From assembly GCA_963798325.1 (NCBI GenBank), contig CAWCSS010000006.1, positions 326,658-390,657 on the forward strand: a DNA stretch of 64,000 nucleotides. Direction: 5' to 3'. Position 1 is the stretch's first letter; every line of letters starts with the position of its first letter. Made by a program: the position numbers and the translations under genes. Under the pieces are notes generated by a model, which was not told the origin of the DNA, made no database searches, and saw only the letters and a program-made list of their open reading frames with translations. This DNA is from an uncultured Solirubrobacteraceae bacterium. Its GTDB lineage: Bacteria > Actinomycetota > Thermoleophilia > Solirubrobacterales > Solirubrobacteraceae. This document shows, one piece after another, positions 48,804-58,528 of this stretch.

Positions 48804-50012
48804 CTAAATGCGGATACGCGGCACGAGCGCCTCGATTCGGTCGCGGGACGGGAAGAGCAGGCGTGCGGCGACGAGGCTCAGGACGAGCAGCGCCAGTCCC
48901 GCGGCGGCGAACACGCCGCGCGCGCCGAGCAGGCTCGCGAGCGTGCCGCCGAGCAGGGCGGCGCCGGCGAAGCCCCAGGACTCGATCGTCCCGACGAGCG
49001 CGTGCGTGCGTGAGAGCATGTGGCCTGGCGTGAGCCGCTGGAGCAGTCCGCGGTCGTGGGTCATCGACGCGCCGCTGCCGAAGCCGGTGATCAAGAACGC
49101 GAGGAGGGCAGAGCCCAGGTTCGGCGCGAGCGCGGAGCTGACCATCCCGGCGCCGAGGACGGCGAGGCCACCGACGTAGCCGAGCTTGAGCCGGCCGAGC
49201 GTCTGCGAGCGGGCGCTGAGCACCGAGCCGAGCACCGCGCCGGCGCCGAACACCGCGACCATCGCGGCGAAGCCGGCGCCGCCGACCCCGAGCACCCGCT
49301 CGGCCAGGAGCACCTCGCCGACGTTCATCATCCCCGCGGCGAGCACGATCACGCCGGTCGCGCCGACGAGCACGCGCAGGACGCGATCGCCGCGCACGAA
49401 GCGCAGCCCCGCGCGGGCGCCGTCGACCAGCGACTCCGGTTCGTCGTCGACCTCGGGCGCGGACAGCAGCCGCACACGGGTCATGAGCAGCGCGGAGGCG
49501 GCGAACAGCGCGGCGATCAAGGCCAGCAGCACCGACGGCCCGCCGAGCAGCAGCGCGCCCGCGGCCAGCGCCGGCCCGAGCGTCAGCCCCGCGTCGGCCA
49601 GCGCGCCCCACAGCGCGATGGCCGCCATCCGGCGCTCCTCGGTGACGACGGCGGGGACCAGCGCGAACGCCGCCGGGCGGAAGACCGTGGTGGCCAGGCC
49701 GGTGACGACGGCCAGCGCAAGCAGCGCGATCGGCCCGTCGAGCACGAGCAGCGCGGCGAACGCGCCCGCTCGCGCGAGGTCGGCGACGATCGCCCAGCGC
49801 ACCCGGTCGCGGCGGTCCAGCCAGACACCGATCAGCGGACCGGCGAGCATTCCCGGCAGCGTCTCGGCCAGCAGCACCGCGGCGCTCGCCCACGCCGTGC
49901 CGAACCGCTCGTAGGCCACGAGCATGATCGCGACGTAGGCCGCGCCGCTGCCCAGCGAGCCCGCCGCCAGCGCGGTGAAAAACGATCGTGACTGTCGGTA
50001 AACCCTGAACAT
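48804..50012 (-). CDS. MFS transporter (DHA3/MefA-like exporter)
   Basis: About 12 TM helices; GVWLDRRDR motif A; ADLARA; FRPA. Confidence 0.88.
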   Translation of the reverse strand: MFRVYRQSRSFFTALAAGSLGSGAAYVAIMLVAYERFGTAWASAAVLLAETLPGMLAGPLIGVWLDRRDRVRWAIVADLARAGAFAALLVLDGPIALLALAVVTGLATTVFRPAAFALVPAVVTEERRMAAIALWGALADAGLTLGPALAAGALLLGGPSVLLALIAALFAASALLMTRVRLLSAPEVDDEPESLVDGARAGLRFVRGDRVLRVLVGATGVIVLAAGMMNVGEVLLAERVLGVGGAGFAAMVAVFGAGAVLGSVLSARSQTLGRLKLGYVGGLAVLGAGMVSSALAPNLGSALLAFLITGFGSGASMTHDRGLLQRLTPGHMLSRTHALVGTIESWGFAGAALLGGTLASLLGARGVFAAAGLALLVLSLVAARLLFPSRDRIEALVPRIRI

Positions 50013-50086
50013 GCGGCTGATTCCCGCGCAAGCTAGGACGCGGGCGCCGTGGGCTTAACCGGACATCCGTCTAGGCTTCCCGCCTC

Positions 50087-50524
50087 GTGGTAACGGTCTG
50101 GACCATCGGGTACGAGCGGCTGCTGCCCCAGGAGCTCGTGGCCGAGCTCGAGGCCGCCGGCGTCCGGCGGCTGATCGACGTCCGCTTCCGCCCGCAGTCG
50201 CGCCGCCCGGGCATGTCGAAGACGCGGCTGGGACAGCTGCTCGGCGACCACCACATCGCCTACGAGCACCGGCGCGCGCTCGGCACGCCCGCCGATCTGC
50301 GCTTCCTGTTCCACGCCGGCCGCGTCGCCGAAGGCGCCGCCGCCTTTCGCACCCACATCGAGGCCACGGCGGCAGAGGAACTGGACGCCCTCGCCGCCGA
50401 GCTCGAGCACGCGCCGCCGACCGCGCTGCTGTGCCTGGAGGCCGACCCCGCCGTCTGCCACCGCCGCGTCCTCACCGAGCTTCTGCAAGAGCGCAGGCGC
50501 GACCTCCGTGTCGTCGATCTCTAG
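50087..50524 (+). CDS. DUF488-family protein
   Basis: WTIGYE, LIDVRFRPQSR and LLCLEADPAVCHR. Confidence 0.88.
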   Translation: MVTVWTIGYERLLPQELVAELEAAGVRRLIDVRFRPQSRRPGMSKTRLGQLLGDHHIAYEHRRALGTPADLRFLFHAGRVAEGAAAFRTHIEATAAEELDALAAELEHAPPTALLCLEADPAVCHRRVLTELLQERRRDLRVVDL

Positions 50525-50637
50525 ACGTTCGATCGGTCAACGGAGCTTGACCGTGAATCGGATACCGGCGACGCTCTGTCCCGGCGTGTGCCCCTGGAGT
50601 CGAGTCAGGGGCACACGATCCGTTTAATCAGAGGCGA

Positions 50638-52062
50638 ATGCGGAACTCGCCTCTGACGCCGGCGGCGCTGCGCGGGCTGCTCGACATGGCGCCGGGCGGG
50701 GTCGGGTGCTTCGACTCGACCTCCTCGGTCGTCTACGCCAACACGGCGTTCACGATGACCACGGGGCTGCTCGCCGGCCGGCGCGTCGAGGACGAGCTCC
50801 TGCTGGCCGAGTTGCGCGCGCTGGGAGCCGCACCGCGCCGGATCCGGATCGCGCACCGGATGCCGGTCTCGGGCACGCTGTTCCGGATCGACGCCGAGTT
50901 GATCGGGTTCGTGCTCGACGCCGGCGCGCACGAGGCGGTCGCCGCGCTGGCCGAGGAGCAGTCGGCGCTGCGCCGGGTGGCCACCTTCGTGGCGTCGGAC
51001 CCCGAGCCCGAGGCGCTCTTCCAGGTCGTCGCCGAGGAGGCGGGACGGCTGCTGCACGCCCGCAGCGCGGCGACGATCCGCTACGAGGGCGACCACGCCC
51101 TGACCGTCGGTCGCTGGGCGACGGACGACCTGGGCGGGTTCGCGGTCGGCTCGCGGGTGCCGCTGGAGGGCTCGGACGGGCTGACCGCGCTGGTGTGGCG
51201 GGCGGGCGCGCCGGCGCGGATCGACGACTACGAGGGCCTGCGCGGCGAGGCCGCCGAGCAGATGTTCAGGCGCGGCTACCGCTCCGCCGTCGGCGCGCCG
51301 GTGATCGTCTCCGGCGGGCGCGTCTGGGGGCTTGTGCTGGTCGGCTCGGCCGGGTCGCTCGGCGCCGACGCCGAGCAGCGCCTCGGCGGCTTCGCGGAGC
51401 TCGTCGCGCTGGCGCTGGAGAGCTCGGAGGCGCGGGCCGAGCTGAAGGCCTCGCGCATCCGCATCCTCGAGGCGGGTGTGCTCGAGCGCCGCCGGCTGGA
51501 ACGCAACCTGCACGACGGCGCGCAGCAGCGCCTCGTCGCGCTGGCCGTCCAGCTGCGGGTGCTCGAGAAGCGCCTCGGCGACCGCGATGCGGCGCTCTCG
51601 CTGCTGCACGGAGCGGCCCACGAGCTCGAGCAGGCGCTGGCCGAGCTGCGCGAGCTCGCGCGCGGCCTGCACCCGGCGGTGCTCGCCGACCGCGGCCTCG
51701 CGCCCGCGCTGGAGACGCTCGCCTCGCGCTCGCCGCTCCCCGTGACCGTCGAGGGCGTCCCCGAGCAGCGCCTCGCCGAGCCGCTGGAGGCCGCCGTCTA
51801 CTTCGTCGTCGCCGAGAGCCTGACCAACGCCGTCAAGCACGCCGAGGCGACCGAGCTGCGCGTGTCGATGGAGACCCATGAGGGCGAGCTGCGGGTGGAG
51901 ATCGCCGACGACGGTGTCGGCGGCGCCGACCCGAGTGCCGGCGAAGGGACCGGGCTGCGCGGGCTCGCCGATCGCGTCGAGGCGCTCGGCGGACGGCTCG
52001 CGCTGGAGTCTCCGGCGGGAGCGGGCACGATCGTGCGCGCGGTACTGCCACTCGCGTCGTGA
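50638..52062 (+). CDS. Cytoplasmic GAF sensor histidine kinase (HisKA_3)
   Basis: EEQSALRRVAT, GAF, LERNLHDGAQQRL, ESLTNAVKH and DDGVGGA. Confidence 0.92.
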   Translation: MRNSPLTPAALRGLLDMAPGGVGCFDSTSSVVYANTAFTMTTGLLAGRRVEDELLLAELRALGAAPRRIRIAHRMPVSGTLFRIDAELIGFVLDAGAHEAVAALAEEQSALRRVATFVASDPEPEALFQVVAEEAGRLLHARSAATIRYEGDHALTVGRWATDDLGGFAVGSRVPLEGSDGLTALVWRAGAPARIDDYEGLRGEAAEQMFRRGYRSAVGAPVIVSGGRVWGLVLVGSAGSLGADAEQRLGGFAELVALALESSEARAELKASRIRILEAGVLERRRLERNLHDGAQQRLVALAVQLRVLEKRLGDRDAALSLLHGAAHELEQALAELRELARGLHPAVLADRGLAPALETLASRSPLPVTVEGVPEQRLAEPLEAAVYFVVAESLTNAVKHAEATELRVSMETHEGELRVEIADDGVGGADPSAGEGTGLRGLADRVEALGGRLALESPAGAGTIVRAVLPLAS

Positions 52063-52104
52063 CGCTCGTGGCCGGCGCCGACGACCGCGCGCTGACACTC
52101 AGGG

Positions 52105-52133
52105 TTGCGTGAACGCGGGATGTGCGAGATAGT
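52105..52133 (+). promoter_or_regulatory. Sigma70-type promoter candidate
   Basis: TTGCGT-N17-GATAGT immediately upstream of a structured element. Confidence 0.45.
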
Positions 52134-52138
52134 CAGAC

Positions 52139-52294
52139 GTGAGTAATGGAAGATCCGCCGGACTCCTTCGGGATACAGCTCGGCGGCGAGCAGTAGCTCG
52201 TCTCACCAGGCTCTGAAGCCAGGCAGCCGCAGAGCGGCTCCCACAAGATTCGGAGGTAGCCCGGGCCGTGACAGGCGTCCGGGCTCCCCGCTTT
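52139..52294 (+). ncRNA. Candidate structured small RNA, family not recognised
   Basis: Nested stems with a cUUCGg loop, several short hairpins and a terminal hairpin; lies between convergent genes. Confidence 0.55.
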
Positions 52295-53198
52295 AAAGGG
52301 AGAAGTCGAACGCCTTCGCGACGTCCGGCTTGTCCTTGACGAGCCCGATCTCGGCGTCGAACGCCGCCCACCGCTCCAACACCGCGCGGTCGAGCTTCAG
52401 GCCCTTGGCGAAGATCGGCAGCACCGCGTCCAGTTGCGCGCGGACGAGCTTGGTGTCGTCGGTCTCGGCGGCCTTGGCGATCACGTCGACGGCCTGATCG
52501 GGACGCTTCTCGGTCGCCTGGCGCCCCTGCTCGATCAGATCCAGCGCGCGCTGGATCGAATCCCGCTTGGCCTTCAGCGTGGCGCGCGAGGTGACGAGCA
52601 CGACCTCGGGGTACGGCGGCGCGCCGTAGTCCTCGACGCGGAACACGCGCGAGTCCATCCCGCGCCGCTCGAGCGCCACGCCCTCGGCGTTCCAGAAGAC
52701 GGGCACGGCGTCGACGCGCTTGGTCAGCAGCCGGCTGACGGCGTTGAAGCCGATCGTGACCTCTTTGATCTTGGCCGGGTCGCCGCCGTCGTGGCCGACG
52801 ATCGCGTTCACGAACGCCGGGTCCGACGGCAGTCCGGACACGCCGACCGTGCGGCCCTCGAGATCGCGCGGGCGCTCGATGCCGGGCTGCGCCACGAGCG
52901 CGGCCAGCGGCCTGCCGACGAGCGCGCCGACGGCCACCACGTCGGCGCCCGCGGCCTGCGCGATCGCCAGGTCGTGGATGTCGAGGATGCCCAGGTCGAC
53001 CTTCCCGCTCGTGACCAGCTTCAGGGAGTCGGGGCCGGCGCCGGGCTTGACGATCTTCAGGCCGGGCGGCGCCATGTAGACCGGCGCGTGGACCGGGTTC
53101 GGGGTGAAGTCGAGCGCCACCGAGACCGGGCTGTCGCGCGGCTCGCCCCCGCCGCACCCGGCGACCAGCAGCACCAACAGCAGCGCGAGTCGTCTCAT
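52293..53198 (-). CDS. NMT1/THI5-family ABC substrate-binding lipoprotein
   Basis: Lipobox VAGC; LDFTPNPVH; FWNAEG; PPYPEVV. Confidence 0.85.
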   Translation of the reverse strand: MRRLALLLVLLVAGCGGGEPRDSPVSVALDFTPNPVHAPVYMAPPGLKIVKPGAGPDSLKLVTSGKVDLGILDIHDLAIAQAAGADVVAVGALVGRPLAALVAQPGIERPRDLEGRTVGVSGLPSDPAFVNAIVGHDGGDPAKIKEVTIGFNAVSRLLTKRVDAVPVFWNAEGVALERRGMDSRVFRVEDYGAPPYPEVVLVTSRATLKAKRDSIQRALDLIEQGRQATEKRPDQAVDVIAKAAETDDTKLVRAQLDAVLPIFAKGLKLDRAVLERWAAFDAEIGLVKDKPDVAKAFDFSL

Positions 53199-53226
53199 GC
53201 GGGCCAAGACCGTAGCCTGTCGCGGC

Positions 53227-54067
53227 GTGCTCATGGATGAGGTCCGCCGCCGATGTGCCCAGATCGCCGCGTCGGCGCGCCATGTCACGATCGATCCGCA
53301 CGCGAGCATCGCGCTCGGCGGCAAGGCGGGGCTGGACACGCAGCTGCATTTCCTGGAGGGCTCGCGTGAGGAGGTCGCCCGCTACATCTTCATCCTCGAT
53401 GCGATCAACTTCGGCTCGGGCTGGTTCTCGGAGCTCGGCGTCAGCACCGACTCACTGACCGAGCGGCTCACCGCGCACGCGCGCGCCCACGGCCCGTGGA
53501 CGCCCGCGCAACTACGCGCGCTCGACCCCGCCGCCGTCGCGTCGACGCTCGCGCTGCCGGCCGACTCGGCACTGTCGGCGCTCTACGCCAACGGCCTCAA
53601 CCAGCTTGGCGCGTGGTTCGGCGAGAACTCGGCGACGGCGCTGATCGGCGACAGCGCCGAGGGCCTCGCCCAGCGGCTGACCGCGATGCCGTACTTCGAC
53701 GACGTCGGGTTCTACAAGCGCGCCCAGATCACCGCCAACGACCTGCACCTCGCGGGCGTGGCCGACTTCGCCGGACATCGACCGCCTGACGATCTTCGCC
53801 GACAACCTCGTCCCGCACGTCCTGCGCCTGGACGGCGTGCTGCGCTATGACGACGCGCTCGCCGAGGCGGTCGACAGCGGTAGCGAGCTCGAGGCCGGCG
53901 GCGAGTTCGAGCGCGAGGTCCGCGCCTGCGCCGTGCACGCCTGCGTCGCGCTCGCGCAGCGGGCCGGGGTCGCCGAGCGCACGCTCGACAACCGGCTCTG
54001 GAACCGCGGCCAGCGCCCGCCCTACAGCACGACCGCCGCGCACATCACCCGCACCGTGTTCTACTGA
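53227..54067 (+). pseudogene. Queuosine salvage hydrolase (DUF2419/QNG1-like), frameshift near 53775
   Basis: LDAINFGSG and FYKRAQI, then in a shifted frame LTIFADNLVPHVL...LDNRLW...TRTVFY. Confidence 0.82.
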
Positions 54068-54073
54068 GGAGCC

Positions 54074-54541
54074 ATGGACGCGTTCGAGGGACTGGTCGGC
54101 GAGCTCGAGTACCCGATGTTCATCCTCACCGCGCCGGGTCCGCTCGGCTGCCTGGTCGGCTTCGCCACGCAGGCGAGCATCGATCCGCCGCGGTTCATCG
54201 CCTGCCTGTCGCACCGGAACCGCACGTTCCGGGAGGGCCGCGACGCCCCGGCACTCGGCGTTCACGCGGTGCCCGCCGACGCCGCGGACCTGGCGGAGCT
54301 CTTCGGCGGCGAGACCCAGGACACGACCGACAAGTTCGCCCGCGTCGACTGGCGCGAGGGCCCCGAGGGCGTGCCGATCCTGGAACGCTGCGAGAACTGG
54401 TTCGTGGGGCGGGTCATCGAGCGCCTCGACGCCGGCGATCACGACGCGTTCCTGCTGGAGCCGATCGCCGGCGAGTCCGCCGAGCAGGCCGAGTTCACCT
54501 TCCACCGTGCAAAGCGCATCGATCCGGGGCACGAGGCGTGA
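54074..54541 (+). CDS. Flavin reductase-like protein
   Basis: GCLVGFATQASIDP, DKF and AGDH; GAGGAG SD. Confidence 0.85.
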   Translation: MDAFEGLVGELEYPMFILTAPGPLGCLVGFATQASIDPPRFIACLSHRNRTFREGRDAPALGVHAVPADAADLAELFGGETQDTTDKFARVDWREGPEGVPILERCENWFVGRVIERLDAGDHDAFLLEPIAGESAEQAEFTFHRAKRIDPGHEA

Positions 54542-54610
54542 GCCGCTCGCCGTCGCCGGTCTGACCGCCGCGGCGACGCGTACGACACGTGTGACATAGC
54601 GTCGTGGCCG

Positions 54611-55342
54611 ATGGGCCGCACCGTTGACGTGTGGCGAGACGCGCGTGCCGGAGATCGCTCCGCCCGCGCCCGCCTGATCGAGATGCATATGCCGCTGGCG
54701 CGCTCGTTGGCCGCGCAATACCGGCACGCACGAGAACCGCTCGACGACCTCATACAGGTCGCCAATCTCGGGCTGGTCAAGGCCGTGGACCGCTACGACG
54801 CCGATCGCGGCGTCGCGTTCACCTCGTTCGCGGTGCCCACGATCCTCGGCGAGCTCAAACGCCACTTCCGCGACCGCACCTGGACGATCCACGTCTCGCG
54901 CGGCATGCAGGAGGCGATCGCGCGGGTCGAGACGATCAGCGAGGACCAGCGCCAGAAGCTCGGTCGCTGGCCGACGGTCCGGGAGGTCGCGGCCGTCAGC
55001 GGGCTGACGGCGGAGGAGATCACGGAGGCGGTGCTGGCGGCCGGCGCCTCCCGTCTGGCCAGCCTCGATGCGCCGGTCCGGCGCGAGGACGCCCAGGACG
55101 ACGCGCTCGGCGACCAGCTCGGCCGCGAGGACAGCGGGCTCGGGAACGTCGAGGATTCGGTGTGGCTGGAACAGCTCTCCTGCGCCCTCACCTCGCGCCA
55201 GCGCGAGGTGTTGCGGCTGCGCTTCGTGGAGGACCTCGCGCAACGCGAGATCGCCGAGCGGGTCGGCGTCTCGCAGATGCATATCTCGCGGATCCTCCGC
55301 GAGACGCTCGACCAGCTGGCCGAGCTAGCCGAGTCGGCGTAG
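54611..55342 (+). CDS. SigB/SigF-family RNA polymerase sigma factor
   Basis: DDLIQVANLGLVKAVDRYD, FAVPTILGELKRHFRD and GVSQMHISR. Confidence 0.93.
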   Translation: MGRTVDVWRDARAGDRSARARLIEMHMPLARSLAAQYRHAREPLDDLIQVANLGLVKAVDRYDADRGVAFTSFAVPTILGELKRHFRDRTWTIHVSRGMQEAIARVETISEDQRQKLGRWPTVREVAAVSGLTAEEITEAVLAAGASRLASLDAPVRREDAQDDALGDQLGREDSGLGNVEDSVWLEQLSCALTSRQREVLRLRFVEDLAQREIAERVGVSQMHISRILRETLDQLAELAESA

Positions 55343-56926
55343 CCCGAGCAGCGCGATGTCGTCGTCGCGCGCGTCGGGCAGCGCGACCAGCAGGTGGTCG
55401 GCGATCTCGCCCAGCGGCCCGGACGCCCGCCCGGCGGCGTCGGCCAGCGAGTGCAGGCCGACGTCGATCGGGCGCTTGCGCGACTCCACGAGGCCGTCGG
55501 TATACAGCCACAGCGTCTCGCCGGGCTCGAGACGGAACGTCCCGCTCGCGCAGGGGCCGGCACCGCTGAAGCCCAGCGGGGGGCAGCGCGGGGCGTCGAG
55601 GTACTCGCTGCGCTCGGCGCCGACGATCAGCGGCGGCAGGTGGCCCGCGAGCGCGAGCTCGCCCTCGCCGGTGGCCGGATCGATCACGACGTAGACCGCG
55701 GTCACGAACGTGATCTCGCCCCCCGCGGCGTCGACCAGCGCGTGCAGGTCGTCCATCACCGCGTCCGGGCGGGCGCCCTTGAGCGCGTAGGCGCGCAGGG
55801 CGTTGCGAACCTGGCCCATCGTCGCCGCGGCCGACATGCCGCGGCCGCCGACGTCGCCGATCACGATCCCGAACCGGCCGTCGGCGAGCCGGAACGCGTC
55901 GTACCAGTCGCCGCCGGCGTGATCGCGCGAGTCCGACGGCAGGTAGCGGACGACCAGCTCGAACCCGTCGAGCTCAGGCAGGTGGCTGGGCAGCAGCGCG
56001 CGCTGGAGGATCTCGGCCGCGCGGTGCTCGCGCTCGAACAGCCGCGCGTGATCGAGCGCCAATCCGGCGCGGCGGCCGAGCTCCTCGGCCAGCTCGAGCT
56101 CACGCGTGGAGTACTGGCGGCCCGACTCGGCCCACACGAAGGTGATCGCGCCGAGCGTGCGCTCGCGGGCGACGAGCGGGACGACCATCACGCTGTGCAT
56201 CTGCAGCTCACGCACGAGCCGCACCTGCTCCTCCTCCAGCGCCGCGGCTTCCAGCAGCGCGCTGTCGATCACCGGGTAGAGCTCGGAGCGGCCGGTGCGG
56301 ATCACCGCCGGCGCACCGGTCGGCGAGTCCGGATCGGGCGGGTAGCGCTGCTGGAGCTCGCGCGCCCAGCGGACCTTCTCCGGGTCGACGTGGGCGACCG
56401 CGACCTGACGGTCCGGGGCGAGCTGCACCGCGCACCAGTCCGCGAGGATCGGGACCGCGAGCCGCGCGACCTCCTCGAGCGTCTGGATCGGGTCCAGCGA
56501 GCGGGCGAGGACCTGGCTGGCGGCGTCCAGGAACGCGTGGCCCTCCTCGCGGCGGCGGCGCTCGGTGACGTCGGAGAGCAGGCCGACGATCCGCTCGGTG
56601 CTCCCGTCCGGCCCGGCCACGGCGCGCGCGCGGGCGTGCAGCCAGCGCTGGCCGTGCTCGGGAAGGATGACGCGCAGGTCGAACTCGTAGGCCGTGCCGT
56701 GCAGGACCGCTTCTTCGATGTGCGTGGCCAGCGCCGCGCGATCCTCGGGATGGACGATGCGGTCGAGGAAGTCCTGCACGCCCGCGGGCTGCGTCCCACG
56801 CGGCAGGCCGTACAACGGGCCCATGTTGTCGGACCACTCGATCACGTCGGTGGCGACGAACCACTCCCAGAAGCCGGTCTCGGTGCCTTCCAGGGCGAGC
56901 CGGAGGCGCTCCTCGAGGCCTCTCAT
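55325..56926 (-). CDS. PAS-GAF-SpoIIE (PP2C) phosphatase
   Basis: LQRALLP, GGDWYD, GDVGGRG, AGHLPP, YTDGLVE and DDIA. Confidence 0.92.
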   Translation of the reverse strand: MRGLEERLRLALEGTETGFWEWFVATDVIEWSDNMGPLYGLPRGTQPAGVQDFLDRIVHPEDRAALATHIEEAVLHGTAYEFDLRVILPEHGQRWLHARARAVAGPDGSTERIVGLLSDVTERRRREEGHAFLDAASQVLARSLDPIQTLEEVARLAVPILADWCAVQLAPDRQVAVAHVDPEKVRWARELQQRYPPDPDSPTGAPAVIRTGRSELYPVIDSALLEAAALEEEQVRLVRELQMHSVMVVPLVARERTLGAITFVWAESGRQYSTRELELAEELGRRAGLALDHARLFEREHRAAEILQRALLPSHLPELDGFELVVRYLPSDSRDHAGGDWYDAFRLADGRFGIVIGDVGGRGMSAAATMGQVRNALRAYALKGARPDAVMDDLHALVDAAGGEITFVTAVYVVIDPATGEGELALAGHLPPLIVGAERSEYLDAPRCPPLGFSGAGPCASGTFRLEPGETLWLYTDGLVESRKRPIDVGLHSLADAAGRASGPLGEIADHLLVALPDARDDDIALLGLRRLG

Positions 56927-56937
56927 CGAGGCGGAGT

Positions 56938-58473
56938 CTAATGCGCGGTCAAAGCCGGCTCGCCGGTCCGTTCGAGCACGCGGGTCAGGGCGTCGACGAC
57001 GGCCGGGTCGAACTGGCTCCCGGCGCCGCGCTGCAGCTCGGCGAGCGCGAACTCGCGCCCGGGCGCGCGCCGGTAGGGACGGTCGGAGGTCATCGCCTCG
57101 AACGCGTCGGCGACGAGGATGATGCGCGACTCCAGCGGGATGTCCTCGCCGGCGATGCCGTCCGGATAGCCGCGGCCGTCGATGCGCTCGTGGTGGTGGC
57201 GCACCCACTGCGCCTGCTCGGAGAGCCCGGCGGCCTCGACGATCTCATAGCCGAGCTGGGCGTGGCTCTTCATGACCTCGTACTCGCCGTCGGTCAGCGC
57301 CGCGGGCTTGTTGAGGATCGCGTCGGGGATGCCGATCTTGCCGACGTCGTGCAGCAGCCCCGCGAGGCGCAGCTTGGCCAGGCGCTCGCCCTCGAAGCCG
57401 AGCTCGGCGGCGACCACCGCGGCCAGTTGGGAGACGGTCTGGCAGTGGCTGCGCGTGTAGGCGTCCTTGGCGTCGACCGCGCGGGCGAGCGCGGAGGCGA
57501 GGGTCTGGTTGTGCTGCTCGTCGATCGTGTCGGGCACCTGCGCCGGCTCGAGCTCGGGCGTGTAGATGATCGCCTGCTGGTGGCTGCGCTTGGCGGCCAG
57601 CAGCGCCATGTCGGCGTCGTGGATCAGCTCGTCGCGGGCGACGAGCGTTTCGGCGTCGGTGATGCCGGCGGTGGCGCCGAACCCGGGCAGCGCGTGGCGC
57701 AGCCGCTGGGTGAATTCCAGCGCGCCCCAGGACCGGGCGTCCGGGAGGATGACCGCGAACTCGTCGCCGCCGATCCGGTAGGCGGTGTCGCTGGCGCGCA
57801 GGGTGGCGCGCAGCGTGTCGGCGAGCGCGCGGATGCGCTGGTCGCCGGCCTGGTGGCCGTGCGTGTCGTTGAGCGACTTGAGGTCGTCGAGGTCGAGGAG
57901 CACGAGCGCCAGCGGGACGCCGGTGCGCGACGTGCGCTGCAGCTCGCGCGCGAGGTCCTCGTGGAAGACGCGGTGGTTGCGCAGGCCGGTCAGCGGGTCG
58001 GTGCTCGCCATCTCGGCCAGGCGCTCGAACTTCTCGTTCCGCGCCGCGCGCAGGATCAGCCACAGCGCCCCGAAGACGATGAACCCGAGGACGACCTCGA
58101 TGCGGGCGAACTCGACGACTCGGCGCTCGCTCGCGTAGGCGCGATCGCCGATCTGCTGCGCGAGCATCCCGGCGGTGTCGGCCTCGTGCAGGATCGCCGC
58201 GTCCTGCGCTTTGCCGCGCAGGCGCTGGATGGCGTCCACCTTCGAGCGCTGCGACGGGTCGAGCGCGATCGCCGCCGCGAGCATCTGCTGGCGTGCCTCG
58301 CTGGTGGGCGCGTCGTGGGCGAGCACGTAGACGCCGTTGAGCTTGCCGAGCCCGAGCGCCGTCTTGGAGCGCCCGGTCGCCTGGTTGAGCTCGACGGCGA
58401 GCACGATGGCCAGCGCCAGCACGGCGGCGACACCGAGCCAGACGATGATGCTGAACGGCGAACGAGTGCGCAT
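56938..58473 (-). CDS. Membrane GGDEF + HD-GYP protein
   Basis: 2 TM helices; TDPLTGL, RIGGDEF, LHDVGK and HHERIDGRGYP. Confidence 0.92.
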   Translation of the reverse strand: MRTRSPFSIIVWLGVAAVLALAIVLAVELNQATGRSKTALGLGKLNGVYVLAHDAPTSEARQQMLAAAIALDPSQRSKVDAIQRLRGKAQDAAILHEADTAGMLAQQIGDRAYASERRVVEFARIEVVLGFIVFGALWLILRAARNEKFERLAEMASTDPLTGLRNHRVFHEDLARELQRTSRTGVPLALVLLDLDDLKSLNDTHGHQAGDQRIRALADTLRATLRASDTAYRIGGDEFAVILPDARSWGALEFTQRLRHALPGFGATAGITDAETLVARDELIHDADMALLAAKRSHQQAIIYTPELEPAQVPDTIDEQHNQTLASALARAVDAKDAYTRSHCQTVSQLAAVVAAELGFEGERLAKLRLAGLLHDVGKIGIPDAILNKPAALTDGEYEVMKSHAQLGYEIVEAAGLSEQAQWVRHHHERIDGRGYPDGIAGEDIPLESRIILVADAFEAMTSDRPYRRAPGREFALAELQRGAGSQFDPAVVDALTRVLERTGEPALTAH

Positions 58474-58528
58474 GTCTCCACGACGATCGCCCTTCGAGCA
58501 GGAGACTGAACCAGCGTTTGGTAAAGGT

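Noticed and set aside
48754-50031. 425-aa ORF ending ...PRVKF
   Set aside because: Off-frame shadow of the MFS gene; only the last six codons have their own SD
50534-50553. Short inverted repeat CGGTCAA-N6-TTGACCG
   Set aside because: Single 7-bp instance; cannot distinguish terminator, operator or chance
52139-52294. TPP, preQ1 or fluoride riboswitch
   Set aside because: It is at the 3' end of both neighbours and lacks the complete consensus of these classes
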